In this document: in pieces, positions 12,213 to 24,649 of the stretch
Layout: each line of letters starts with the position of its first letter
Position numbering within the stretch: the first letter of the stretch is position 1
Assembly (NCBI RefSeq): GCF_004010195.1
Contig: NC_057756.1
Coordinates: 3,566,785-3,630,784 of the forward strand
DNA length: 64,000 bases
Origin: Chiloscyllium plagiosum
Lineage: Eukaryota
Reading direction: 5' to 3'
Notes under the pieces: generated by a model
Databases searched by the model: none
Seen by the model: the letters and a program-made list of their open reading frames with translations, nothing else
What the model was told of the DNA's origin: nothing
Translations under genes and position numbers: made by a program

Positions 12213-15200
12213 CCATCCAGAAACGTTTTATGAGTGGAATATAAACATAAGACAAGAATGATCACATTGTTAGCTTTGTTGTAATTTAATAATCAGCGGG
12301 AAATTGAGAAGCAAATATGTGAGGAGGACTCAGAAATGTGTAATAAAAATAGCATCGTGATAAAGAAAATTTTAAATTTCTTAACGTAGAGTGGTGTCAC
12401 ATAATATTAAGGGTTTTTGTGGGGAGGAATTTGATAAGTATGTACAAGGAAACCTTTCTGTATGCAATATGTGCATGTATCTAATGGAGATAGGAACAAT
12501 CTTCTGATGGGAAATCAGGTACAGTAAGTGACCTATCTGTTAGTGGGGGAGTGGTTTAGGGCAATCGATCATAATTTATTGGTTTTAAAGCTATGTGGAA
12601 TAGAATAGCACTGATCAAAACGAAACAGTTTGAAAATTAATTAATGCAACGCTTTGAAAAATTAGAGAGGAAAATTCCACCGTCCATTCTGGACTGACAA
12701 TTGGTGATAAAAGGCGGTTGGAGACACATTAGAATACGATAATGAGTGTTCAGCGACTATATCTGTTGTGACCCAGTCGAGACTCCGTTTAAACTTTTGA
12801 AAAAGGTAGCCCGGACCCAACATTTTCCAGTTGTTTTAAACAGGTGAAAGTTGGATACATGTTTTAAACAAAATAGAATTTATTTATGGAGTACCAAATG
12901 AAGCACAATGAAACAGAGTAGTAGAAAGAACATAATAATCTATCTGAAAATGCAATCGACTCTATCGCAAATTAACGACATTATTTCAAATATTTTTAAC
13001 AACCCCATAAACAATGCCTAGGCAAATAAAAAGGTAAAGTCAAACTTAGTTGCTCACAGGAGAGACGTCACAGAGAGAGCAAGAGAGAGAGAGTGAGAGA
13101 GAGAGTCAGCATGCAGCTGTTCCTTTGGCCAACAGTCTCAAAAAACTGACGAGGAGCTGTAAAACAGCCAACTGCTCAAATCAAACAAACGAGAGAAGCA
13201 ACTGAGCTGGGAGATCTGTCTATTTCCCTTCCATTGTACAAGTGTTTTTTTTCTACTAATAATAAAGCTTAAAAGCTTCTTCTTCTAAGCGATAAGCCCA
13301 GACATTTCAGACATTATGTCTTTGCGACCACTCTGAAGAATCAAACCGGACAGCTTAACCTTTTTAATGATTACGATCATCACAAAACCGTGAAATGCAA
13401 GGTTCGTAGCTGTTGATAATTTTTGCCAACTGGACAAATGGAGACTCGTATAATGGAAAAGCAAGAAGCCATGTATCACGTTTGTTGGACGAGAGGGAAT
13501 CCCTAGTCCAGTATTAAAGCAGTAGGCGTACACTTAGGAGGCTAACCTGGAAGGTAGAAAGGGAACATGAGATAGTTTTGGCAAAAAATAACGTTAGGGA
13601 GAGGGAATAGAGAGAATATGAACAGTTAAAATCACCTTGGTCCTTCATATGTGGAGCCACTGGAGGTGAGAGGGATAAAAAATAAAGATGTAGCTTCATA
13701 TTTGCTGAGACGAAGGATGGAAGTGAAGGAAATTAGAAAGTAAACAGTGTCCTATTAGCGAGGAGGAGATATTCGAGATCAGAAAATAGATTAAGTTGGA
13801 TACTGTGCAAAATCAGGTGTTTTCCAGCACTTTTTAAGAAACGAAAGGAGAGATTTCGGGGGTTGTTGCTGACGTATTGGTATTGATTGCGACGCATGAT
13901 ATGCTGTAAGCCTGGAGGTTTGATAAGGTACTGCCATTATTTGCGACAACATCGAAGTAAAAGAAAAATACAGACTTGAGAGACCTACGTTATGGGTAAG
14001 TTGATGGAAAGCATTCTGAGGGACAGGGTTTACACGCACTGGGAAAGCAAGATCTAATTAGGAATAACCATCATGGCTTTGAGCTCAGAAGGAAATATTG
14101 AAGTGATTTTTTTTTAGAGGTAACAAAGAAGATTGATGAAAGCAAATCGTTTGATATTGTCTTTGCAAACTTCAGTAAAGTTTAGTATAAGGTTCCACAT
14201 GGTAGCATGGTTAGTAGCATTAGGTCACTTGGGATCCATGCAGACATAGAATTGGACACAGAATTAGCTTAAAGTGAGGAAACAGGGTGACTGTTTATCG
14301 AGCTGGTGTCCTGTAACCAGGTTTGTGCTAAAAGCATCACCGCTGTATTGACGACGTTTCATCATTTATATAAATGATTTGAATTGAGCGTATGGGGTGC
14401 GGACAGTAAGTTTATAGATAACACAAAAATTAGTTAACTAATGGACAATGAGGAAGACTATCTCCGCGGTCAATGGGTTCGTGATCATATTAGCTAATGG
14501 ACCTAAAGTGGAAGATGGTATTTTTTAAAAAAAAAACAATTGCATGGCTTCCGTTAATACTGGGATAAATTGTTGGATAAGTTTCAGAGGGGCAGGAGTT
14601 GCATGCATTTGAGGTTGGCCCATGATTAGGCTAATTAGGGACAGCCATCATGGCTTTGTGCAGGAAAATCACGAGCGAATACTTGATTCAGTGTTTTGAA
14701 GACTTACAGAAAATGATTTGAATGTGAATATAAATGGCATGGCTGATATGTCTGCAGATAACATCAAAATAGACAGTGGAGTGGACAGTGAAGAAGACTA
14801 ACTCAGAAAAGAATGGGGTTGATCAGATGAGCTCATGGGCCGAAGAGTGGTAGATGGAACTTAATTTCAATAAAAGTGAGGTGATATTTGTTGGTATATC
14901 AAAACAGAGCAGAGCTTATACAGTCAATTGTAGGACTGTGAGGAATGTGGCCGAACAAGAGGCCAAGGACTGCAGCTGTATATTTCTTTGTAATGGATTC
15001 ACAGATAAAGCTTTTGGTGAAGAAAGCGTTTTGCGTGCTTGCCTTCATTTGTCATAACATCGATGATAGATAGTGGAATGCCATGTTATTCCTGCACAGG
15101 GCAGTAATAAAGCCACTTTTGGAATACTGTGTAGACTTCTTGCTGCCTTCCTACAGGAAGGATGTTGCTCACCTTGAGAGAGTGCAGAAAGGTTTTTCAA

Positions 15201-15650
15201 GGATCCTGCTAGAACTAGAGCATTTACACAACAGGGAGAGGTTAAAATGTCATTGGATTCTTTTGTCCTGGTGCGTTAGAGGCTGAGGGTTGAATTTAGG
15301 GAGTGTTAAAAAATCAGGATTGACAGACAAAAGGCGATTAATCTGAGGGGCTTCTACCCCCCACCCCCATGTAATTGGATCCCAACATAGGATCCCAACA
15401 TAGGATGATATCGGCTTAAGGGGAGATGGAAAGATGAAAAAGGAACTAAACCAGAATTTTCTCAAGCAGCTGATGCCGTGTGTGTGAACACAGCTGCCAG
15501 AGGAAGTGGAACAGTCAGGTACAATTGCCACATCTGAATGTATAAACAAATTGAAAGGGCACAGGGATATTCGCAAGTGGGACGAGGTCAGACTGAGGTG
15601 CGTGTCGGTGGAGATACGTTAGATTGAAATTTATTTTTCCATGTTGTATA
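12213..15650 (+). mobile_element. Continuation of the interrupted CR1 LINE (endonuclease, RT, 3' end), heavily degenerate
   Basis: Endonuclease remnants at 12220-12600, RT remnants at 13780-14900, and KPLLEYCVDFLLPSYRKDVAHLERVQKGFSRIL at 15083-15286. Confidence 0.8.
12764..13384. mobile_element. Probable solo LTR inserted in the CR1
   Basis: About 620 bp of non-CR1 sequence bounded by tgttgtga...tcatcaca (TG...CA imperfect inverted termini). CR1 coding remnants continue on both sides. Confidence 0.6.
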
Positions 15651-16525
15651 CTTCTGTGTCTATTTACATATTTGATGTAAACATCCAAACGGATGTCATC
15701 ATAAATTCATTGTCTTCCTAATGTGTGTTCAGAGAATTAAATCACAACTATTTTAATCACATGCATACAAACATAGTGTTTGGTGCTACTGTTATCCTAC
15801 GAATGTTTATTCTGAATGTTGCGAGAATTTCATTCTCAATTTTCACATGAGACTCTGGTTAATTAAATCCTGCCATGTTGCAAGTAAGTTATTTGTTATT
15901 ACTTATTCCATTCTGGATCTGTGAGAAGAATTCACGCCATGGTTATTAAAACATTTATTTCCAAAACTAATATCATTTAATCTGTAAAAAAAAACACTTT
16001 TAAATTAAGTGAAAATGACATGTTGTTAATGTTTACCTGTTCTTGTGATAACAATATACCAGCAATAAGCATGATAAGATACATTAGTACAGATGTGACA
16101 GCACTAAACCAATGTTCAACTTGTATTGTTAAGACTGCTATTTGTGCATGAAAAATGAAGAAAATGCTTTTGGATAAATTCTGATTCACCAACGCCTCCA
16201 AATAAATTATTTCATTGTTAATTCAGCATTTATGAGGCTTCAAATTTCCTGTTTTCTCTCATAACAAATCAGATATAGTGAGGTGTTCAATATCTAAATT
16301 AATGCAACTATTATGCTGACTGGCTTATTGACTCTTCTCTTTGGACTTTTCTGAGCAAATTCGATTACAACTCTTTTTGAGAATGAACGACCTGAAATAT
16401 ATGGGCTGATATGTCATCAATAAGAAATTTTTGTATCATGAAAGGCTGACACGAGGTTGGATATTTGAGTGTATAAGATGCAATGGGAGCTGTAAACTTA
16501 CTGTATTTACTTTATTTTCTAATAG

Positions 16526-16546
16526 CGCTGATCAAGTGTGAAGCAG
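16526..16546 (+). CDS. 21-nt phase-1 heptad microexon 1 ((A)LIKCEA) of a putative butyrophilin/BG-like coiled-coil gene
   Basis: tttactttattttctaatag|cgctgatcaagtgtgaagcag|gtttgt. Confidence 0.65.
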
Positions 16547-16865
16547 GTTTGTCAGGGAAATGATTTTCCCAACTGTCTCTCCAATTTTTTAAAAAATGTC
16601 CATGTCATAAGTGTGTCACATATCGCAAAGTTATACGGTGGTGTAAGAGTATTCATGGAACTCAAATGTTATACTTACGAATTCAATCAATGCTACTGCA
16701 TTTGGTGAACCACCAGTGAGGCGTCAGCAAATGCTTACCATCAAAACTGGATTGCTTCTAATATCACCTCTTTGTTCAGGTATGGAATTTTTCGAATCCT
16801 CAACTGTTGCATATTTGCTGTTGTTGATAATGCCTTCAATCGATAATGGAAAAGCAGTAAGAACG

Positions 16866-16996
16866 AGAGAGAGAGAAGTGGTGAGGTTGAAGAAAAAGAA
16901 AAGAGAGGCAAAGGGAGACTGTGAGACAGAGGGAGGGAGAGTGACACGCATAGAGAGTTGGATAAATAGATTAGATAGATGGATAGATAGACAGGC

Positions 16997-17053
<57 letters not shown>

Positions 17054-17055
17054 TG

Positions 17056-17138
<83 letters not shown>
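16866..17138. repeat. Compound microsatellite: GA-rich, (GATA)n, then (GACA)n
   Basis: Directly visible. (GATA)n ~16998-17098 switches to (GACA)n ~17098-17138. Confidence 0.97.
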
Positions 17139-17139
<1 letters not shown>

Positions 17140-18119
17140 AATAGTGAGACAGATTGATTCAGTTGATCACAGAGACACAAGGAGAAATGGAAATTTCTAT
17201 ATACATTGACGAATGGAGTGCTCATAGTGCCCACGGTAAACACACTGACCCGCCACTTTGTGCACAGCTGTTAAGTGTTCTGTTTTGTCTTTCTGTGTGC
17301 CTGCATTTTCCGGTGTGTGCTTATATTATTGTGTAGCATTTATGCACTGTTTTAGACAATAGTCATATTTTACTTTATTGGAAAAATCTTTTGTCTAAAG
17401 TACAACACCTCGAACAAAATTACACCAAAGTTCCTTAGGCAGCAGAAAGCCATAAAAACTGTATTTTAATTATCTTTCCAAATCAGAAGAAAAATACTTC
17501 TTGGCTTATCTCTTTATCATAGCATAAGAGAAAACTTGGAGACTCGAGCATAGAAGAAAAGTAAATGATGCATTGTCACATAAAGAACAGTTTCGGCAGT
17601 CTTCAACTTCACCTACACCCAGATTGCACAGGCCTCTCAAGATAGCACTTAAACCTATCAGGTTAGGGCTTTGTGAAAAACATAAACTTGCAGATTATAG
17701 AAATGCTGAAATGCTGAGAGTAGGGATGACTGGACTCCTCCAATTGTCTCAGTGAAAACGGAACCAAAGATTAATTTCCATGCATCGTCTAACTAGGGAT
17801 GTGATAGCCTTACTTATGTAACTGGGTGATAATATGCAACTGGTGTCTAACTATTAAAAAAGTAACAATTGCTCATTAACATTTTTTGAAACGTTTGAAA
17901 AGTGCATCAACATCAGTCAGACAAGGCAGTGAATTTATTGTCGATGGACAAATAATCATTGAACCTTTTTTTTGTTACTACAAGTCTGCACATTTTTTTA
18001 CATGTTTAAATGAGTTTTGCGGAAGGAAAATCATATTTCACGCTCTACATTGACATTATTTTCAAAGAAAAAAATATGTACGTACATAATATTTGTTGTG
18101 TTTCTCTTGATTCTGGCAG

Positions 18120-18140
18120 AAAAACATAAACTAATAGGCG
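18120..18140 (+). CDS. 21-nt heptad microexon 2 (EKHKLIG)
   Basis: tttctcttgattctggcag|aaaaacataaactaataggcg|gtaagc. Confidence 0.75.
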
Positions 18141-19325
18141 GTAAGCTTGTTCAGTGCTTTTACGAATTCTACTCTTGGTTCATGGCGACCTCATGTTCTT
18201 TTCCGGAGCAAATTCAGTGGACACTGTTTCAAGCTTCCCAAAACCGATTTTGTTGCCTATTTCTCTATGGATCATTGGTTGCTATGAGCCTGTTACTCAT
18301 TGAAGACCAATTCGGAAGTTCATATTGACAAGGCTAAAACCAGAGTCAAATCTTTTATTTGAACATCTAATACTTCCTATTGTCATGCTGCATTTATGCA
18401 ATCAAGCAGTGTAGAAATTCAAAAGGCATTAAACCTGAAATGAAAATTTTCGTCAAGAACAGGCAACCATCAATGAAAATAGATTTGTGGAAATCGATAT
18501 GTAATGACCTCAATTAATTGAAAAGTTTGAGTAAAGAACAACAGCACAGCAATGAATTGTTTTTAACAGCACAAAAGCGTAGAAGCCCATTCTGATATGT
18601 TTCTGTTGTGCCAGTTCAGATCTTCAAACAGATTTATATTTGGGATTATTCCATAATTTATTTTTAATTTGTTGATACCTTGTGATCAACACATGTTCCA
18701 ATGCTTGACGTCACGAAACCACATAACATTTCGCCACTCATTTCGGGTATCCAAATCCCAAGCAAAGTGTGGTTCACGCACAAAGTTTGAAGTCGTTGTT
18801 TAGAAGTAGATGCATTGAAAACCTTCTTCTCAGTCTCAGGTTGCAGAATGAGATCTTCATAAGCCCAACTAATGTTGCATTTAACAGCTGCAATACCGTC
18901 CCTCTTTAGCAGATTGCATAGTGGACAATACATCATCACAGGTCGCATTAGCTGTGGAACTGCATAGCATATCGAATTTGGTGTGAGCCAGTATTTTGGA
19001 CAGATGCATGATTCAAGGTTTAAATCTTCACTCATCACATTCATCAGAAACAGATGCCACGTTTATGGATGTCACATACAAAATTAACAGCATTGTGGTT
19101 GATGACGGCATCTCATTGTTCGAAGCAATCACTTTGTTGAATAATTGGGCGAGTTTTATTAAGATTCTGCAGAATTATTTACACATAAATAACGAGATGA
19201 CTTGAAATTGTGATTGTTTTACTTCGAGAAATGTTTATGCCTTCTCTTTCTCTCTCTTTCTGTCTCCTTTCCTCTCTGTCACCTCAATTTGCCCATGTAT
19301 GCTTTCTTTTTACTGTTTCTGACAG

Positions 19326-19346
19326 AGAATCAAAGATTTTCCCACG
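19326..19346 (+). CDS. 21-nt heptad microexon 3 (ENQRFSH)
   Basis: ttctttttactgtttctgacag|agaatcaaagattttcccacg|gtacga (strong acceptor, weaker donor). Confidence 0.65.
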
Positions 19347-19924
19347 GTACGATTAATATCAATTGTTATAATATCAATTTGCTCGTTTTGATGACATTGT
19401 AATGACAGTAGAAACGTATATAGTTGCTTCTAGTGGCAATTGTGCCATTTTAATTTGGATTTATTATTTTTATCTAATATGATAGTATTGAACAATTAAA
19501 GTGAAATCCATATTGGCTTTAAATGAAGCCTCATGTGCTGTTGGAATGTCAGTTAGTACACATTCAACTTGTACAGTTTTATTTTCATTTTTTTCTCTAT
19601 ATTTTGTGTTCATATAATACATTACAGTTTTTAGAAAGTGAATGTCTCCAGAATGGAATATTAGTCATTTGCAAGGTTTTCATTGAATGGGAGGAAAGCC
19701 ATTGAGGACTGAGTGTACGAGAAAACAATTTTGAGAGTCAAACATCATTGTCACTGCACAATGACATGCTTCGTTCATTTTCGTATTTGGTAAAATGTTG
19801 CATTATTTTCTGGAATAATAATTGACGTTTTACTGATCAAATGTAAGTGTAAGTTTCAGAATCTCTGAAGCAACTGTTATAAATTCACTTAAAAAAGACG
19901 AAACTTGGTATCTAATGCTTATCT

Positions 19925-20222
19925 TCTTAGTGAGGTGATGACTGAAGAGCATTATTGTAGGACTGTTAATCCAAAGATCTCGGGATCTGGGTTTTCAATC
20001 CCGCCAGGGCAGATGGTGGAATTAGAATTTAAGCAAAATCTGGAATTAATAGCCAGTATTTTGGAAAAATGTATTGTCGGAAAAAAAAATCCTAGCCAGT
20101 TCACAAATGGGCGAAATGTGTCTCTTGACCCACCACAATGTAATTGATGTCAACGTGGTGGACTGCGCTGTGCGTAATGAGGAACAACCAGCGATGTCCT
20201 CATTCTGTGAATGAATGAAAAA
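19925..20222 (+). mobile_element. Degenerate SINE (tRNA-derived, SacSINE1/Deu-like, L2-type tail)
   Basis: taatccaaagatc...gggttttcaatcccgccagggcagatggtggaattagaattt head and ccagcgatgtcctcattctgtgaatgaatgaaaaa tail. Confidence 0.55.
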
Positions 20223-21064
20223 TAGTAATCAAGAACGGTGACTGCTATTTAAATTAAATACTTTTTTCACTCACAACATTTTGCTTTAGACCACATCCGT
20301 GAGACCACTTCTTTAAGGAAAAAAAAAACTTAACATTGCAAGCGTGAAAACATTTTCAGAAGCACCCTTCAATGCAATGACTTCAAATCGTCTGAGTGGC
20401 TTTTTAAGAATAACATTTCAATTCTTTCAAAATCATAAGTAAATGTATACTTGCATATGTCATATGTCAAATTGATTAACAAACGTATGCTAAAACAAAA
20501 TTCATTAATACAAGATGCATAAAACTATGGACAGATTTTTTAAAAAAGACATGAGATGCAGAATGTTTACACGTTACCTGAACCAGTGAAAGCACTGTTA
20601 TTATACTCGATGTCCGTGTGTTGCAGAACAACACCTTTTCATTTTTTACATCAACAATATGGAAACAGGAAGCAATCGTTTCCAATAGAAATAAGTTTGA
20701 AGCCTCATTGTTGATTGTTTTGTTTAAAAACAAGAACAGATTTGTACTAAAAGCGACCTGGTATTGCCATCAGGAATGTGACAAGCAAGTGGATTGCATA
20801 TATTTCAAAAAAATCGAAGTTGTAGTGAGAGCAAAACCAAGACAATTAAGAATGGTAGTCAAGGCACTGCACATTTGCTGAAGTGGTCCGATTATGTGTT
20901 ATGACATCCACACTATACGACCAGCAATAAAGCACAATTTAGCTAATCAGGCTTTGTAACATTGAAGAAGTAAACAGAATGTTTACGTGACTCAATCATT
21001 TTCCATTCATTAATGGCAGATGAATATAACTGATTTCCTTTTTGAAGCAGCTGATATATTTGAA

Positions 21065-21385
21065 AAAATTATATTCCCTACATTATGGAAACAAGTTATT
21101 TGGCCCAACCAGTCCACATCGACACTCCGAAGAACAACCCACCCCAGACACATTCCTTTACCCCAGACAAATGTAACTAACACTATGGCCAATTTAGCAT
21201 GACCAAATCAACTGGTCTGCTCATCTTTAGATTGGTGAAGGAAAACGAAGCACCCTGAGGAAACCCACGCAGACCTCTGGAGAATGTGCAAATGCCACAC
21301 AGACAGTCATCTGAGATGGAAATCGAACCCGTGTTACTGGCGTTGTGAGGCATTACTATTAAAAACTGAGCCACCGTCCCACCAA
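21065..21385 (-). mobile_element. HE1-type elasmobranch tRNA-derived SINE
   Basis: Reverse complement reads ggtgggacggtggctcag...tgcctcacaacgccag...gggttcgatttcc...gactgtctgtgtggcatttgcacattctcc, giving A/B boxes and the HE1 body. Confidence 0.8.
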
Positions 21386-22769
21386 GCATGCTGCTCTTTT
21401 AATCGATAATCGATTAGACTGATTGTTAGAATTAATTTGAGATTTTCAGCAAGTTGAAGTTCGACAATCTGAATTAATTATTCCACAGACAAAAGCTAGG
21501 ATCACGAGGCATGTTGCATTTGAGGTCTACTCTTTGGTCCGCTTTTGACTTAGGGATGACTAGTTACAATACAAAGCATGTTGTGGCATAATGCCTATGT
21601 GTCGAATATGGCATTACGTTTTTGACTTCAGGAGCATATGACGGGTGTAAGAATGAGGCAGTGATTCATATTGAATTTAGGAGCAACGTGGATTTGAACT
21701 GACAAAGATAGTCAGGGAGTGAGAGCTAAGTTGGTGAATACAGAGAGAGAAAGAAGAGGAGAGAGAGTGAGGGAGGAAGGGATATTGGACTATGTCAACA
21801 TTCAGAAAGGGAAAGAAGAAAGCAAAATTGCACTAAAGCAATATTTCACAAATATTTCATTTGATCTGTGTTAGGTTTAACGTCTTGCCATGATCACACA
21901 ATAGCGAAGCAGAATCTAATCATAAGAATATCTTCAATATTTTCATCAGCAACACAACAGAAGATCGCAGTAATGCGTTATGTCATTTCATTATGATTCC
22001 AGAAATATTCAAAGTTTTGAGATTTATTGATCACCGAATCAAATTGGAGAAAAAAAAATCAATGTAAGTCTAGCTTTCATGCGAGATCAAGTTCCAGACA
22101 ATTTCAGTGACAGACAAGCCAAAACATAGCTTAGGATAGCATCAGTAAAATCAAATAAAAAAATAACTAAGTGACTAATTTGATTTCAGAATGAAGCAAA
22201 TTGTGTATTTCACTCTCTTCAATTTATGCGAGAATAGAGCAGGGATTTCAATATTAAAGTCACCAGTCTGCCAGAATGTCAGACAGGATCTAAAACCATA
22301 CCACCGTGTTATAGAATCAAGCGAATTAGAAACACACCCTTCAGTCCAACTGGTCCCTGCAAACGACATTTCCTTTTACAGATTTTGTGCTATCTCAGAG
22401 TTTCTTTCCAACAGTCGATACTGGAAAATCGTGACAAGTGTCTTCAGGCTGTGTCATTCCAAGGCAGTTAGCAGACCGCAGCTTGCAATGTTCCAATCAA
22501 GATGTCCATCAAACGACGTTTTACCGACGAATCCGACAGTTGAGAGAATGCTGTATAACTGATGTACATTCTCATCGCCAGCTCATTTGTAAGCCGAAGT
22601 TCTGGGAACAACTGATGGTATTCAATGATGTAGTATATTCGAAAAGCCGAATGGCCGAATTCTGCAAATATTTTCGCCATTCATATACTCATAGTCCACG
22701 GCAAGCTTTGTTCAGCCTGCATATTCGTTGTATTCCTGAGAACACAATTGCAAAATTTCAGTAGGAAAT

Positions 22770-22960
22770 GTTGTGGTTCTGTTCGCCGAGCTGGAAATCT
22801 TTGTTGCAAACGTTTAGTCCCCTGTCTAGGTGACATCCTCAGTGCTTGGGAGCCTCCTGTGAAGCGCTTCTGTGGTGTTTCCTCCGGCATTTATAGTGGC
22901 CTGTCCCTGCCGCTACCGGAAGCGGCAACGAGCACCCGGGCTACCAATCTTCACTCAAAC
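22770..22960. mobile_element. Short Penelope-like element remnant (inverted pLTR plus tail)
   Basis: Closely similar to 49640-49790 and 50908-50942. Flanked by the imperfect direct repeat aaatttcagtaggaaat / aaacttcagtaagaaat. Confidence 0.85.
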
Positions 22961-23619
22961 TTCAGTAAGAAATAAATGTTCTCATAGTTTTGCTCAATTA
23001 GGTACACTACAAAATTGTTCAATGTATTCTAACAAACATAAAGGGAATGCCAAACTCCTAAACACTGGCATGGAATTAGGTGAGATCTTCAGTGCTGACA
23101 AATATTGTTGCATTTTTCATCGATTATGTTTGACCCTACATTTGCTCTTCAGGCATAATTTTCATTCAGGTCATCTATAAAGTCTTTCAATTTAAATGCC
23201 ACAACTATTTAAACTGTGGTGTGATATGATGTCAAATAGTTTTGTCATTGTTCCCATCAGAATTACAACACAACATATTTTGCAGCAATCACATTTCATG
23301 CTGGTGGACATCTACAAAGTCAATACGAATGTAATAATTTCATGTCTTTTACTGATGAGACAATTTTCACACAGCCAGGACAACGGTAAGTGTTACGTTT
23401 TTTTTCAAAGCCTCTGGAACAGAATATCTTGAGTGGAATGAAAGTACTGAACTGGAATGAAAAGTGCAGCTAACGAAGAGGAAGATTCAAAGGAAACAAC
23501 GTCGATCATAATTACAGCATACCACGTCCTTCTGCAGTTACTGCATCAGAGAACACAATTGCTGAAGCAGAAGCACAATTGCCCTCCTCTTAGGTCTAAA
23601 AGTAGTACTCCAAAATTGT

Positions 23620-23890
23620 AAAAATCGAAAGAGCTGTAAATGACAATCAAATTAGAGATTGGTGGAAAATCTCAACCGGTCTGGCAGCAACTGAGGATGT
23701 AAGTCAAAGTTAACGTTTCGAGTTGAGTGTCCCTTCTGCAGAAATGCCATCCAGTTCTTCCAACATCCAGTGATGCACGGGTTAGGTGATTGACCATGCT
23801 ATATTGTCCACAGTGTGCACGGATGTGCAGGTCAGGTAGATTAGCCATGAGTAGTGCAGATTTACGGGATGAAATAAATTAGTCAAGATG
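23620..23890. mobile_element. Decayed Penelope-pLTR-like fragment followed by an HE1 SINE fragment
   Basis: ggaaaatctcaaccggtctggcagca...ttaacgtttcgag...cccttctgcag, then gatgcacgggttaggtgattgaccatgcta similar to 48930-49000. Confidence 0.5.
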
Positions 23891-24628
23891 TCACTCTTCG
23901 TTATCAACTTTTTCTGGGATTACAAAAGTTCATACAATCACATATTTGATATTTCCCTTGTCGCATTTTTTTCATAATGACAGCATTGCAAGATGTTTTT
24001 CCTTCATTTAAGTGCATTTCTAAAATGCTGCTATTGAATTCTGTGAAAGGTTGATGAAGCTGCGACTGTTTTGCTTTAAGTCACACAGACAAAAAAAATC
24101 CTCAGTTTTTTTCTTGCATTGTTTAAAACACTAAATGTTATCATTAAACTCACCAATGGCCATCGAATTAATGATCATTTATTGGCTCAGTGTGAAATAA
24201 TCATGAGTGCCATGTTGAGGACCCTACGGGTATTATTGTCTGCCAAACTGTACTTTTTTTTTTGATTAGCGGGTTTCAATACCTTATGCCAAACAAGAAA
24301 AAAGAACACCACCAGTAACTACGAGAGACATCAAAACCTGAAAGAAAGTACCGAATGCATTTTATCATCTCACATGCTTATTTACTTGAATATGACATGT
24401 GAAATTTCGCTTGCATGACTAAGTTTGCATTGGTCTGTGGTCTGCTTTTTGAAACCTTTCTCATTACATGGCAATTGTACACAGCATTTTGAAACTCTTC
24501 TTCTGATCGAAGCGACTTGAGATTGCAAACACCGTTGATAAGCCTCAACTTGCTGCCAAAATGCTTCACTAATTGTACATTATGAATGTTAAAACTACAA
24601 ATTCATTTGTACCCTTTTGCTCCCACAG

Positions 24629-24649
24629 AGCTACAAACCTGTCAAAGAG
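24629..24649 (+). CDS. 21-nt heptad microexon 4 (ELQTCQR)
   Basis: cccttttgctcccacag|agctacaaacctgtcaaagag|gtaata. Confidence 0.8.

Noticed and set aside
16971..17243. ORF with SIYL/SVCL repeats
   Set aside because: Translation of the (GATA)n/(GACA)n microsatellite.
18912..19160. Exon-like segment after ctctttagcag resembling a B7/BTN IgC domain (ISCG...W.EPVFWTDA...QGLNL) or a helical cytokine
   Set aside because: Stops in all three frames, the motifs need several frameshifts, and there is no good donor. Not distinguishable from chance by eye.
22438..22764. 108-aa ORF with a cytokine helix-D-like end (KFWEQLMVFNDVVYSKSRMAEFCKYFR)
   Set aside because: No start or splice context in that frame (stop just upstream) and the similarity is only impressionistic.
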